DNA of 64,000 nt from Candidatus Bathyarchaeota archaeon (GCA_025059045.1 JANXEA010000010.1:53324-117323), one strand, 5' to 3'; positions 18,940 through 28,777 are shown, numbered from the stretch's first letter. Notes: generated by a model from the sequence alone, not told the origin. Made by a program: numbers and translations.

Positions 18940-19828
18940 CAAGATTCTAGTCGTAGATGATGAGGCTGACATAGCAAACCTTGCAAAGATTATCCTAGAA
19001 TCTGAGGGATATAGTGTTGTAACAGCCTCTAATGGGGAGGAGGCACTAGCGAAAGTTTACCAAGAATCTCCTGATCTTGTGCTGCTAGACATAGTCATGC
19101 CTAAAAAGACGGGTCTAGAGGTCTGTAGAATATTGAAGGAGCAGAAGAGGACTAGGCAGATCCCGGTCATTGTGTTCTCGGTTTTGGGAAGAGAGGTTGA
19201 TAGGAGGATGAGCGCCGAGGTCGGCGCTGACGCACACTTCGTCAAGCCATTCACTCCGGAAAGCCTAGTTGAAATCGTCAGAACCCATCTCTTAAAGGCG
19301 AAAATGAATAAGTTTTCTTCTCATCTGGGCTTTAATCACAGCTACCTTTCAGGCAGGAAGATGCTGTTAGAATTCAGTCCGGACGCCTCCTATGAGCGTT
19401 GTGTCCGGGACTTCATCCTAGAGGCTAAAGCTAACGGCGAGGCGATCGTTGTTCTAACAGCTAAGGGAAGCGCGGTTTATCAGGTTGCCTTGGACGAGGG
19501 AAACGTGGACATAAAGAATATCACAGCGAAACCAATAATATCGCCAATACTCGATTCCTATAGAGATGTAAGTCTCAGCATCGTATTCGACAACCTTTCA
19601 GACATGATGCTTTCCCTTGGATTGGTCCAGACCTACAATTTTGTTAGGAACGCCTTAGAAAATATGGCTGATCAGAGGATAACGGCGCTCTTCCTCCTCA
19701 ATCCGGATGCGCATCAGCCAAGTGAAGCGTACAGTATAAGAGGGCTTTTTAGAGATCAACTGGCGTATAGAAACGAAGGGCTGACCATAATTAAGATTAG
19801 CCCGCCCTTGGCAGCCGCCAAAGAGTAA
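18932..19828 (+). CDS. Response regulator: REC domain fused to an inactive KaiC/DUF835-like RecA-fold domain
   Basis: ILVVDDE, LLDIVMP, FVKPF; C-terminal SIVFDNLSDMMLSLG..ITALFLLNPDAH with no P-loop; overlaps the kinase stop codon. Confidence 0.85.
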   Translation: MADKILVVDDEADIANLAKIILESEGYSVVTASNGEEALAKVYQESPDLVLLDIVMPKKTGLEVCRILKEQKRTRQIPVIVFSVLGREVDRRMSAEVGADAHFVKPFTPESLVEIVRTHLLKAKMNKFSSHLGFNHSYLSGRKMLLEFSPDASYERCVRDFILEAKANGEAIVVLTAKGSAVYQVALDEGNVDIKNITAKPIISPILDSYRDVSLSIVFDNLSDMMLSLGLVQTYNFVRNALENMADQRITALFLLNPDAHQPSEAYSIRGLFRDQLAYRNEGLTIIKISPPLAAAKE

Positions 19829-19866
19829 GCCAGCATATCAGTTTGAGCTCTAATTTTTTAGGATGT

Positions 19867-20634
19867 CTATTCCGCGAAGACGGACTCTCCCGGATAAACG
19901 ATTATCCCGTTCGATGTAAAATCGTATGGGCATATTCTATCCGTAATCTTGACGCCGCGCATCTTTCTAACCTCAACCGCCCTAACTATTGAGTCCCTTA
20001 TCCTGTAGGAGTGAAGGTGTATCACCCCATGGGCTAGAAACTCCTCGGTTCCATACCTCTGCATGTTGGGATTCTCCTCCCTGCTCTCGACAAGCAACAA
20101 TGTTGTCAACCTCATCTCTGTAAGCGCCTTGACAAGCCTAAGCAAACCCTGCCTAGACTCAAATTCGTCGCGATACTGTATTTGGAGGGCTGAGACGCTG
20201 TCGACGACACATCTCTTAGCTTCAATCTTTCTCCTAGCATCGTTGATAGCGCCGATTAAGCCGTCAACACTGAACTCCTCGGTTCCAATACCCGCCTTGA
20301 TCACGTACCTTCCCTGCTGCCCCTCAGCTCTAATCGGGGAAGCGTCAACGATGGCCAACCGCCTCTTCTCCTCAAGATCATACATGTTCCAACCATAGCG
20401 TAGAGCAGAATTAGCAATCGAGTATGGCGGTTCCTCCAGAGTCACGTAGATTCCATTCTCACCAAACCTCAATATGCCAGTGCATATAAATTGGACTGCA
20501 AAGGTCGTCTTACCAGTGCCAGGTCCGCCTACAATAGCGTAGCAATATCCTCTTGGCAGTCCACCCTCAATCAATCCGTCGAAGCCATCGATGCCTGTTT
20601 GAACCCTCTCCTGAGGCAAGATTGTGGCCCCCAT
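19867..20634 (-). CDS. KaiC/RAD55-like RecA-superfamily ATPase (single domain)
   Basis: TGIDGFDGLIEGGLP, GGPGTGKT, YVTLEE, VVDSVS, VRKMRG. Confidence 0.92.
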   Translation of the reverse strand: MGATILPQERVQTGIDGFDGLIEGGLPRGYCYAIVGGPGTGKTTFAVQFICTGILRFGENGIYVTLEEPPYSIANSALRYGWNMYDLEEKRRLAIVDASPIRAEGQQGRYVIKAGIGTEEFSVDGLIGAINDARRKIEAKRCVVDSVSALQIQYRDEFESRQGLLRLVKALTEMRLTTLLLVESREENPNMQRYGTEEFLAHGVIHLHSYRIRDSIVRAVEVRKMRGVKITDRICPYDFTSNGIIVYPGESVFAE

Positions 20635-20792
20635 CTATAGAAAATAAAAGGGAATCGAGCAAATATAAACATGGACGGATCAAAAATACTTAAATCTCCC
20701 ATGGAACACCGTTCCAATCGGTTGCATTAGTTTTAGCCAAGTTATCGGTTGGTAGCTACGTTTTCCCATAAGATGAGTAGAAGGTTGATTCC

Positions 20793-23639
20793 TCAATCCA
20801 AAACGGCATAGGCTATGCTACCTCTCCGCGTAACAACCTTGACCTCACGCCTTGAAGATTCGGACGTAATATTAAGATTTTTCTCGACTCTGCTTCCAGG
20901 GGAGAGGATAATCGGGGGGTCAATGGTTATCCTGTCATGAGAGGTGGAGTTTATAACCCATATGCTTACAAGTTCAACTGTTAAAGGACCGATGTTCATG
21001 ATCTCAAGGATCATGCTCCCCCTGTCGAGGCGATATTCATTCACCACGAGAAGATTTGCGTAGCAGGCGACTGGGTATTCAGATTCTCCATATAACCGGA
21101 CTCTTACGTCTCCTTCGGGTCCAATATGTCTCTTTATGGTTTCGGCTTCAAGATATAATTCTTGGGTTACGTCACTACCACCTATGGTGACCGTCGAAAG
21201 TTCTATCCAATTTTTCTCTGTATGATCCCAGATGAAAATTCTCTGGGTGACAGAGACGGGCTCATGGCTTGTAACATAAGCAATTATGCCAAGATAATCC
21301 GCGTAGCAGTAGAAGGCTGAACTGCCCGCACACTGGCCTAAAAGCCTTATCTCGATAACCCCTTCCTCATTTATGAAATCTGCTAGCTCAGCGGATATCG
21401 TCCTATTCTGGAAACACCCAACTCCGGAACTCTCATATATGTCTGCTTCGCCTAGCTGGATCCACTGGAGTGAGCTATGATTAAGTGCATACATCCTCTG
21501 GGTGACGCAATCCTCTGTATATGAGCCATAGTAGGATATGGAAACTTGTGTAATGGAGTCTGACGACGGCAAAATAAACTTTGCATACCAGTCGGAGATA
21601 TATATTGTGTAATGTTTTGCACTTAGCACTATATAATCTACCTTCAGGTAAAATCTTGTGGCGGTATATTTGACACCGCGGATCTTGATCCTCCAGTTTC
21701 CTGCGGCGTCTCTGAAGTTTGTCGCATCAACGGTTATTGTCTGATTTTTTGTCTCATCAATAGCTGGTGTGGAAGAAGATATGTATGATATATAACCGTC
21801 CCCGCTTACTGGGTAAACGCTTCTCGAATAGTCATAAAGCTGGGCCGTCACGTTTACTAATCCTTCAGTCCATGCACAATCTATGCCCCATGTGAGTTCA
21901 AGCCATTCTTCTGTATCACTTGATCCTAAAAACTCAACCTCTGCAACATATCTATCCTGATAGCTGAAGCCTTCGATACGGCTGTTATAGTTTAGGTCAC
22001 CGAATCTGAAATAGGCATATGTTGAACCTCCCTGAAAAGAACGTTGAGTCCAGTAATATACAGTCCATGTTGCAGATCCAATTTGGGATGTGTTGAGCTG
22101 TCCAGTAACAAATTCCGCAAGAAGATTGTCCGGGCCTCCTAGACTGGCATAAACCCGAATTACGATGGCGTCAGTAGGTGATGTTACCGTTAAGGGGCAA
22201 TTCCATGATGAGCTTTGAATTCCAGACCCGCTGGTGCTTCTAGTCACCGTGGCCACCATTGTTCCATTCGTTATTTCGGTTTCAATACCGCTTGCGCTTC
22301 GCTTCCATACGCGGATTCCCCATGTGCATGTTCGCTGACCTGTACGGCTTGCGCTTCTCTGCACATATGAAGACGTTTGATTTACGCCTAGAGCAAAAGC
22401 CTGCAGGCCATTTATTGTCTGATTGTTACTTGTGAAATAACGTGTCTCATTCCTAAATAATGGATAGCTTCTGAAAATCATATATAGTCCCTCATCGGCT
22501 GCTAGATTAGCTAATGAGCCATTCACATATTCTGTACTTTCCACCAAGATGTAGCCTGAGGGGATGTATGAATTTATCAATTCATTTATTCCATAGGATC
22601 TCAAGGTCCAGCAGACATCATCTTTGCCTGAAAGATTCCGATAGCTTCCTGATACGTTTAATGTATCGCCCAGCATGCCACCTAATGATATGTTTCCATT
22701 TTCTAGGAAAAGTCTGGAGTAATGACCGACATACTTCAGCCTAAACTTTTCAACATCGATCGGGTTTACGCCCATTCTGAATAAGGCGGTCCAATCAACG
22801 ATGCTTGCAGGTCTAACCTCTAGGAGAACGCCTACGTCGTCGAAGAGTATACGGATCCCCCCCTGAAGGGCGCCTGTTTTTGCAGAGAGGCAGATGTGCA
22901 GCCTGTATAAACCCGTCGCATTGAAGATTTCTGGTGGTAAGGAATTTTGCGTGTAATGCCACACTCCATACTGAGACGCATCCACATTAACTGAGCATAA
23001 AATATGTTGGAATGGAACGCTAGGTCTTTCCAAAATAACATAGATGATCAACTCAGCTGATGGGTTGGCCCATGCGTTCATCCATGCCCAGCTTAGACTG
23101 GCTGAAACTGGCTTCCCAGTCTCGTGGACGAAGCTGCAGGTCCAATTCAGCCAGTATGGACCTACATTAGTCCCAGTTAAACCTGAATATATGCAGCCTG
23201 GTCCTGATCCGGGATCTGACTGCCCCTCCCCCGAGAGGTATCCGCCAACTGTACCCTTGGCCCCTTCAGTCTTGCAAAGTATCCAACCATCAACACCACT
23301 TGTGAAGTTCATGTTGCCAATCAAATACTTTCTCACATAATCGTTCTTGCTATTGAAGACCACATACCTCTTGTCTACAGAACGCAGATCAGCGATTGAA
23401 CCAATACTGCCTGAGCTGACCATTTCAGGGTAAATCTCTCGACTGGCAACGCTTGGGTAGAGGGCTGAAATGACGATCCTCTCTCTACTCCTCTCATCGT
23501 CTAGCAGGGCTAGCTCGTACTGTGCTTGGTAAACTTCGTACATAAAGTTGAGCATGAGAAGCATGACCATGAGTAGGAAGACCATGCCTATCGCCGCGGT
23601 CTGTCCCCGACATTCTTTATGGAGTCGCCTCGGTAACAA
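20793..23639 (-). CDS. Giant type IV pilin-like surface protein/adhesin
   Basis: Class III-like signal KECRG|QTAAIGMVFLL; C-terminal NIG..V.LVSIWV..VVTRRGS pilin head; beta-rich insert with many sequons. Confidence 0.75.
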   Translation of the reverse strand: MLPRRLHKECRGQTAAIGMVFLLMVMLLMLNFMYEVYQAQYELALLDDERSRERIVISALYPSVASREIYPEMVSSGSIGSIADLRSVDKRYVVFNSKNDYVRKYLIGNMNFTSGVDGWILCKTEGAKGTVGGYLSGEGQSDPGSGPGCIYSGLTGTNVGPYWLNWTCSFVHETGKPVSASLSWAWMNAWANPSAELIIYVILERPSVPFQHILCSVNVDASQYGVWHYTQNSLPPEIFNATGLYRLHICLSAKTGALQGGIRILFDDVGVLLEVRPASIVDWTALFRMGVNPIDVEKFRLKYVGHYSRLFLENGNISLGGMLGDTLNVSGSYRNLSGKDDVCWTLRSYGINELINSYIPSGYILVESTEYVNGSLANLAADEGLYMIFRSYPLFRNETRYFTSNNQTINGLQAFALGVNQTSSYVQRSASRTGQRTCTWGIRVWKRSASGIETEITNGTMVATVTRSTSGSGIQSSSWNCPLTVTSPTDAIVIRVYASLGGPDNLLAEFVTGQLNTSQIGSATWTVYYWTQRSFQGGSTYAYFRFGDLNYNSRIEGFSYQDRYVAEVEFLGSSDTEEWLELTWGIDCAWTEGLVNVTAQLYDYSRSVYPVSGDGYISYISSSTPAIDETKNQTITVDATNFRDAAGNWRIKIRGVKYTATRFYLKVDYIVLSAKHYTIYISDWYAKFILPSSDSITQVSISYYGSYTEDCVTQRMYALNHSSLQWIQLGEADIYESSGVGCFQNRTISAELADFINEEGVIEIRLLGQCAGSSAFYCYADYLGIIAYVTSHEPVSVTQRIFIWDHTEKNWIELSTVTIGGSDVTQELYLEAETIKRHIGPEGDVRVRLYGESEYPVACYANLLVVNEYRLDRGSMILEIMNIGPLTVELVSIWVINSTSHDRITIDPPIILSPGSRVEKNLNITSESSRREVKVVTRRGSIAYAVLD

Positions 23640-24027
23640 ATCTGCTTCCCCTCTCCGATACGATAATTATCCTTTGAGGTACACCAGCCGACCAAGCTTG
23701 AGAAAAACTGCAGTTCAGCCACCCTCCTTGATTAGGCGGCAGCTTAAGTTTAGACGGCGACATTGATGAGGCGACCGTACCGCCTACCGATACTGATACA
23801 ATGTTTATGTCTACGGAGCCGATGTTCCGGACATAGATTCTTAACGTATTGGAGCCGGTGAACCACACATCCTCAATTACGAGGCGTTCCCTCATCTGGA
23901 TAAGGGTTCCTTGCCTTTGAAAGCTTATAGCCGTAGAAGCCGCCGCGTATGCTATGGCGCAGGCCGTGAAGGTTATAACTAGCATTAGAAGAGACTCGAC
24001 GATTTGGCTTTGTCCTCTTCGGCGCAT
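23617..24027 (-). CDS. Archaeal type IV pilin
   Basis: MRRRG|QSQIVESLLMLVIT class III signal; RERLVIEDVWF..IYVRNIGSV..IVSERGS; GGAGG SD before ATG 24027. Confidence 0.85.
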   Translation of the reverse strand: MRRRGQSQIVESLLMLVITFTACAIAYAAASTAISFQRQGTLIQMRERLVIEDVWFTGSNTLRIYVRNIGSVDINIVSVSVGGTVASSMSPSKLKLPPNQGGWLNCSFSQAWSAGVPQRIIIVSERGSRFVTEATP

Positions 24028-24053
24028 AGGTCCTCCCATGCAGATTTCACCAG

Positions 24054-24443
24054 TCAGAGGGTGGATCCGCATATTAGGCCGAGTAGTAAATACCAGAAAA
24101 CCCTGTAGACTGATACAGCCATCAGCACTGATAATTTTGCTATGGGAAGGATCTTTAGTTCTCTAGGGAAGAAAAATCCGATTTTAGCTAAGAAGACGCT
24201 GATAAGAAAGGCTGCAAATAGAAGTGGGGGCAAAAGCAAAAACACATAAGCATCCATAAGCCTGAAGATGAGTCCAGATGTGAATCCTAATGCTATATTG
24301 TCAAAGTGAACACTTAACCTCTGCTTCATCGTCTCATGTTGAAGTTCAGGAAAATATTTGTCCCTGACATGATTCGATATCCCAATTAAGGTTCCAACTA
24401 AATCTAAGGGAGGAGTATTCCAGAGTAGCAGCTGAGCCAGCAT
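24054..24443 (-). CDS. Small multi-TM hypothetical membrane protein
   Basis: About three hydrophobic segments, co-oriented just upstream of the pilin; true start uncertain. Confidence 0.45.
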   Translation of the reverse strand: MLAQLLLWNTPPLDLVGTLIGISNHVRDKYFPELQHETMKQRLSVHFDNIALGFTSGLIFRLMDAYVFLLLPPLLFAAFLISVFLAKIGFFFPRELKILPIAKLSVLMAVSVYRVFWYLLLGLICGSTL

Positions 24444-24655
24444 CTATGCTTCTGCCTTCCACATTCAAATCTGAGACGATTAGTTCCGCCCTAGCTTTAG
24501 AACCGCTACAATATTAGAATAATCTACCACTGCTACGTGTTTGAAGAGCATGTTTTGTGAATTGAGCCGCAATAGCCATTTATAATGCAAGGGGCCATAT
24601 TATGTGGAAATTCGTAAACTACAAAAAATTTATGAAATGGTTGGAGACGGGTAAG

Positions 24656-25018
24656 TCATGCCTGTACACATTTCTCTATGAATTCCATTACCGATAGGGT
24701 TCCATGTTTGAATATGCCATTTTCGAAGACGCAATCAGGCCAGACTAGTATCGAGACTCTTCCCCCATCCTTTCTAATGAGTTCCATCTCGAAGCTTTTA
24801 ACATCCTCGGCCAAAAGATCAGCGAATACCTTTCTCAGCTCTTTCGGTACCAACGAAAAAATGTTGACGCCAACTAGTTCCTTTTGAGAGTACCTCAGCA
24901 TCCTAGCGACGTATGCATCGGCCTTCTTGATGTTATAGCCTGCGTCCAGCTCAAGCATGCCTGTCTCGATTTTACTAATAGCTTTCACCCATAATCCAAG
25001 ACCCAAATAGATCACCAT
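24656..25018 (-). CDS. Stand-alone PAS domain protein
   Basis: ARMLRYSQKELVGVNIFSLVP..EMELIRKDGGRV PAS/PAC pattern. Confidence 0.7.
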   Translation of the reverse strand: MVIYLGLGLWVKAISKIETGMLELDAGYNIKKADAYVARMLRYSQKELVGVNIFSLVPKELRKVFADLLAEDVKSFEMELIRKDGGRVSILVWPDCVFENGIFKHGTLSVMEFIEKCVQA

Positions 25019-25139
25019 TACTAAGACACATGTTACTCTACCATTTTTGTTGCACAGAGAATGGAGTTTAAAAAATAAATTACTTATGAAAAATTAAGAT
25101 AGTTTAGGAAAAAGTATCTAAAAAATGTACCCAGCGGGT

Positions 25140-25159
25140 CTGCGGATAACTGCGGATAA
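25140..25159. repeat. Tandem 10-bp direct repeat CTGCGGATAA x2
   Basis: Exact duplication in the divergent intergenic region between the PAS gene and lemA. Confidence 0.8.
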
Positions 25160-25254
25160 ATAATTTTCACGTTTCTGCCCCTCTAATTTTCTTGGGCGTA
25201 AGCGGCCATTGAATATGGAAAGATTAATATGACATTTTGTGATTCTAGTTTTCG

Positions 25255-25824
25255 GTGAAATTCTTGGACTTGATAACTTTAATTCTCGCCGGGGCATCCA
25301 TAATCGTCGTTTTAGCCCTCGTTCTTATCCTGGTCTACTACTACAACAAGATCAGAATACTTTATAATCGGATTGAGGAGGCTTGGGCCCAGATCGACGT
25401 TCAGCTTAAGAGGAGATATGATCTCCTTCCAAACCTCGTCGAGACCGTCAAGGCCTATGCAAAGCATGAAAGGGAGTTATTTGAGAAATTGGCGGAAGCA
25501 AGGGAGAGGATGGTGAAGGGTGGAAGCAGGGAGGAGCAGATGAGAGCTTCTGACGAATTGACCCGGGCGTTGCGCACAATCTTCGCAATCGCTGAAGCAT
25601 ATCCAACTTTGAGGGCGAATGAGAATTTTAAGCTTCTCCAAGAACAGCTAGAGGGTATAGAGAACAAGATAGCTTATGCCCGCCAATATTATAACTCATC
25701 AGTCTTGGCATACAACAATGTAATCTCAACTATTCCTGGGAAATGGTTCGCCGCTGGCAGGGTAAAGCAGCCATTTCTTGAGATATCGGAGGCTGAGAGG
25801 CGACCAGTCAAAGTGGAGTTCTGA
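25255..25824 (+). CDS. lemA: LemA family protein
   Basis: AWAQIDVQLKRRYDLLPNLVETVK, EAYPTLRANENF. Confidence 0.95.
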   Translation: MKFLDLITLILAGASIIVVLALVLILVYYYNKIRILYNRIEEAWAQIDVQLKRRYDLLPNLVETVKAYAKHERELFEKLAEARERMVKGGSREEQMRASDELTRALRTIFAIAEAYPTLRANENFKLLQEQLEGIENKIAYARQYYNSSVLAYNNVISTIPGKWFAAGRVKQPFLEISEAERRPVKVEF

Positions 25825-26729
25825 TGTCTAGGCTCAGTTTCTATGATGAGATTGCAAGAAATAAGAGGAGCTCTATTCTTCTAGCACTCACCGTCTCGGC
25901 CTTTATCTTCGCCCTAATCTACCTACTTGTTTACATTCTATCTCCCGCCCTTCTCATCTATACCATTCCAATTTCAATCGTATTGATATCTGTCTATGCA
26001 TCCATGTCCTATAAGTATGGGGACAGCCTAGTCTTGGCGTCCGTAAACGCAAAGCCCGCTGATGCAAATAAATTCCAATATTTACGTGACACTGTAGAGG
26101 GTTTGAGCATTGCGGCCGGTATTCCGACACCCAAGGTCTACATTATCGAGAGTAAGGAAATGAATGCTTTAGCGACAGGAAGAGGCCCAAGAGATGCAAG
26201 CATTGCAGTCACAACAGGCTTGCTCGGCGAACTTAACAGGCTTGAGCTCGAGGGTGTAATAGGGCATGAAATTGCGCACATAAGAAACAGAGATGTACTT
26301 TTCATGACATATGTCGCCGTACTCGTCGGCCTCGCAGCAATCCTAAGCCACATGATTCTAAGATCATTCCGAATGGGTCGGCTTAGACGCATTCGCGGGG
26401 GCAGAGAACCGGGATGGATAGAGGCGATAGTCATTATCGCAGGCCTAATATTAGCCGCTATCGCACCGTTGGTGACACGCCTTGTACAGTTCGCAATATC
26501 AAGGAGAAGAGAGTTTCTAGCCGACGCCTCCTCCGCAGAGTTGACAAGATACCCTGAAGGCTTAGCCTCAGCTCTCGAGAAAATCATGAATAAGAATAAG
26601 GGGAGAATGGATGTAAGTGAAGCCGTTAGCCACCTCTTCTTCGTAGATCCAAACCATAACCCAATGGACAGACTATTTGCCACTCATCCCCCAGTAGAGG
26701 AGAGAATAAGAAGACTAAGGGCAATGTAG
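25824..26729 (+). CDS. htpX: HtpX-like M48 zinc metalloprotease
   Basis: HEIAH, SRRREFLAD, FATHPPVEERI; translationally coupled to lemA. Confidence 0.92.
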   Translation: MSRLSFYDEIARNKRSSILLALTVSAFIFALIYLLVYILSPALLIYTIPISIVLISVYASMSYKYGDSLVLASVNAKPADANKFQYLRDTVEGLSIAAGIPTPKVYIIESKEMNALATGRGPRDASIAVTTGLLGELNRLELEGVIGHEIAHIRNRDVLFMTYVAVLVGLAAILSHMILRSFRMGRLRRIRGGREPGWIEAIVIIAGLILAAIAPLVTRLVQFAISRRREFLADASSAELTRYPEGLASALEKIMNKNKGRMDVSEAVSHLFFVDPNHNPMDRLFATHPPVEERIRRLRAM

Positions 26730-26784
26730 CTCCAATGCCAAAGGCTTATATCACTATTCGCGAGATGATTATTGCCCCGGTGGA

Positions 26785-27831
26785 ATGTCTATGAAGGGAT
26801 TCATGAAGGCAGCAGTTCTACATAAGCCACTCGACCTCCGCGTCGAAGATGTTGAGATCCCGAAGATTGAACCGGATCAAGTGCTCATAAGAATGAAACG
26901 GGTGGGGATCTGCGGATCGGATATCCACTATTATCTCCGTGGCAGAATCTCTTCATATGTTGTAGAGAAACCGTTAATTCTCGGTCATGAATGTGCAGGA
27001 GAAATAGCAGAGGTGGGTGATGAGGTTAAGTCGTTTAGGGTTGGACAAAGGGTGGTTGTTGAGCCTGGTTTCACCTGTGGAAAATGTGAACACTGTAGGA
27101 GCGGAAGATACAACCTCTGTGAACAAGTGAATTTTTATGGAACCCCGCCCTTCAACGGAGCCTTTGCCGAATATAACTATGCTCCCGAACAGAATGTTTA
27201 CCCGATACCTGACACAATGTCGCTGGAGGAGGGCGCGATGATTGAGCCTTTGGCGGTCGGCATGATGGCGGCAAAGATGGGACGTGTAGAAGCAGGCGAC
27301 ATCGTTGTGATTTTGGGCGCAGGGCCCATAGGGCAGATGGCGCTTCAGGCTTCCAAGATCTGCGGAGCTTCCGCGATATTTGTGAGCGATCTTATTGAGT
27401 ATAGGCTTGAATACGCGGAGAAGCATGGGGCAAGTGCCGTAATAAACCCAGTGAAAGAGGACTTGAGTGAAAAGGTTGCGAAGCTGACGAGCGGTAAAGG
27501 CGCTGACGTCGTTATTGAAGCCTCTGGTGCACCAGCAGCCATCCAACAGACCGTTGAAATCGTGAAGCCCGGCGGCACAGTTGTGCTCGTCGGAAACCCT
27601 CATGGAGAGATCATGATGCCCATGAGCAAGATAGTCTCTAAAGAGGTTAGAATCCAAGGCATACATCGCTATGCGAATGTATATGAAGCGGCCATAAAGG
27701 CGGTCTCATCTGGCAAAGCCATCGTGAAGCCATATGTTACTCACATATTTCCGCTGGAAAGGATTAGGGAGGCATTCGAAGTCCATATCAACAAGGCTGG
27801 TAACCCGATAAAGATACAGGTAGCGATCTAA
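26785..27831 (+). CDS. Zn-dependent polyol (sorbitol/xylitol-type) dehydrogenase
   Basis: GICGSDIH, LGHECAG, CGKCEHCRSGRYNLC, GAGPIG, HRYAN. Confidence 0.88.
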   Translation: MSMKGFMKAAVLHKPLDLRVEDVEIPKIEPDQVLIRMKRVGICGSDIHYYLRGRISSYVVEKPLILGHECAGEIAEVGDEVKSFRVGQRVVVEPGFTCGKCEHCRSGRYNLCEQVNFYGTPPFNGAFAEYNYAPEQNVYPIPDTMSLEEGAMIEPLAVGMMAAKMGRVEAGDIVVILGAGPIGQMALQASKICGASAIFVSDLIEYRLEYAEKHGASAVINPVKEDLSEKVAKLTSGKGADVVIEASGAPAAIQQTVEIVKPGGTVVLVGNPHGEIMMPMSKIVSKEVRIQGIHRYANVYEAAIKAVSSGKAIVKPYVTHIFPLERIREAFEVHINKAGNPIKIQVAI

Positions 27832-27899
27832 CCGCTTTACCTGAGCTATATTTTTCAAGCGTCTTCAGAGATGTCGGGGAATAAGTTTATATGTCACTG

Positions 27900-27921
27900 T
27901 CGATATCAATATTGATATCGA
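27900..27921. promoter_or_regulatory. Perfect 22-bp palindrome, probable PadR operator
   Basis: TCGATATCAAT|ATTGATATCGA lies between a TTTATA box (27886-27891) and the AGGTGA SD of the padR gene. Confidence 0.75.
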
Positions 27922-27931
27922 AGGTGATGAT

Positions 27932-28504
27932 ATGTTTGGATTTAAACCGCTACACCCCAGACACTGGGCAAGAAGAATAGCGTGTGTGCCAAAAGGGTTT
28001 CTAAGGTTTCATGTGTTGAGGCTGCTTGCTTCTAAACCAATGTCGGGATCCGAGATAATCTCTGAAATTGAGAAGGAGACTGGTGGGAGATGGAGACCAA
28101 GTCCAGGTTCCGTCTACCCGCTTCTAGCATGGCTGCAGGACAACGGATACGTTAGAGAACAGCCAGCGGAAGAAACTGGCATAAAAAGGTACGTCTTAAC
28201 AGAACAGGGACATAAGTATCTGGAGGAAGAGATGAAGTTTAGAAGAGAGTCGGGATTGACGGGGTTCCCGCCTTTCCCATTATTAGGTGATATTTGGCCA
28301 TTGTCTAAAGTTGAAAGTTTAAGGTCGCTAATGGACTCGGCAAGACGGTTAACAGCGTCCATCATTAACCTTGGCATGTCAATTAGGGATATTCCCATTG
28401 AGCAATATGCCAAACAGGCTGAAGCCATCCTTAATGAAGCTGCAGATAAGATTGAAGAATTAAACAGGCGAATAAAAAATGAGAAAACATCTCAGAACAT
28501 GTGA
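27932..28504 (+). CDS. PadR-family transcriptional regulator
   Basis: PMSGSEII..WRPSPGSVYPLL..L.DNG..KRYVLTEQG. Confidence 0.9.
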   Translation: MFGFKPLHPRHWARRIACVPKGFLRFHVLRLLASKPMSGSEIISEIEKETGGRWRPSPGSVYPLLAWLQDNGYVREQPAEETGIKRYVLTEQGHKYLEEEMKFRRESGLTGFPPFPLLGDIWPLSKVESLRSLMDSARRLTASIINLGMSIRDIPIEQYAKQAEAILNEAADKIEELNRRIKNEKTSQNM

Positions 28505-28777
28505 AATGCATATAATCAATGCATTAATGTCCACCGTTAAATTATCCTTCTTATCTATCTGCCTAACGATGCGAACCCTTCTCCAAAGAAGATCTCCCCC
28601 TTTTATTTTCAATGTAAGCCGCATCTTCTAACGGTCGGCGCATATGCATCTACATAGAGATCTGCGGCATCGTCTAATGTATAACTGTCTACTACCCTAG
28701 AAATCGAGCGCAAAATGATTTTGAAATTAAAAAACCCTAAATAATTATTATCCCATTCTGATGCAGCTAGAACAAAA

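Noticed and set aside
26749..26765. TATCAC-N5-GCGAGA, similar to the Thermococcales glycolytic motif, upstream of the polyol dehydrogenase
   Set aside because: The second half-site matches only 4 of 6 and the first overlaps the TATA box
26138..27666. Long antisense ORFs (181 aa and 230 aa) and many similar shadow ORFs across the window
   Set aside because: They lie opposite well-supported genes and show no recognisable motifs
28505..28777. Possible decayed coding sequence on the minus strand
   Set aside because: Only short frames with no recognisable family
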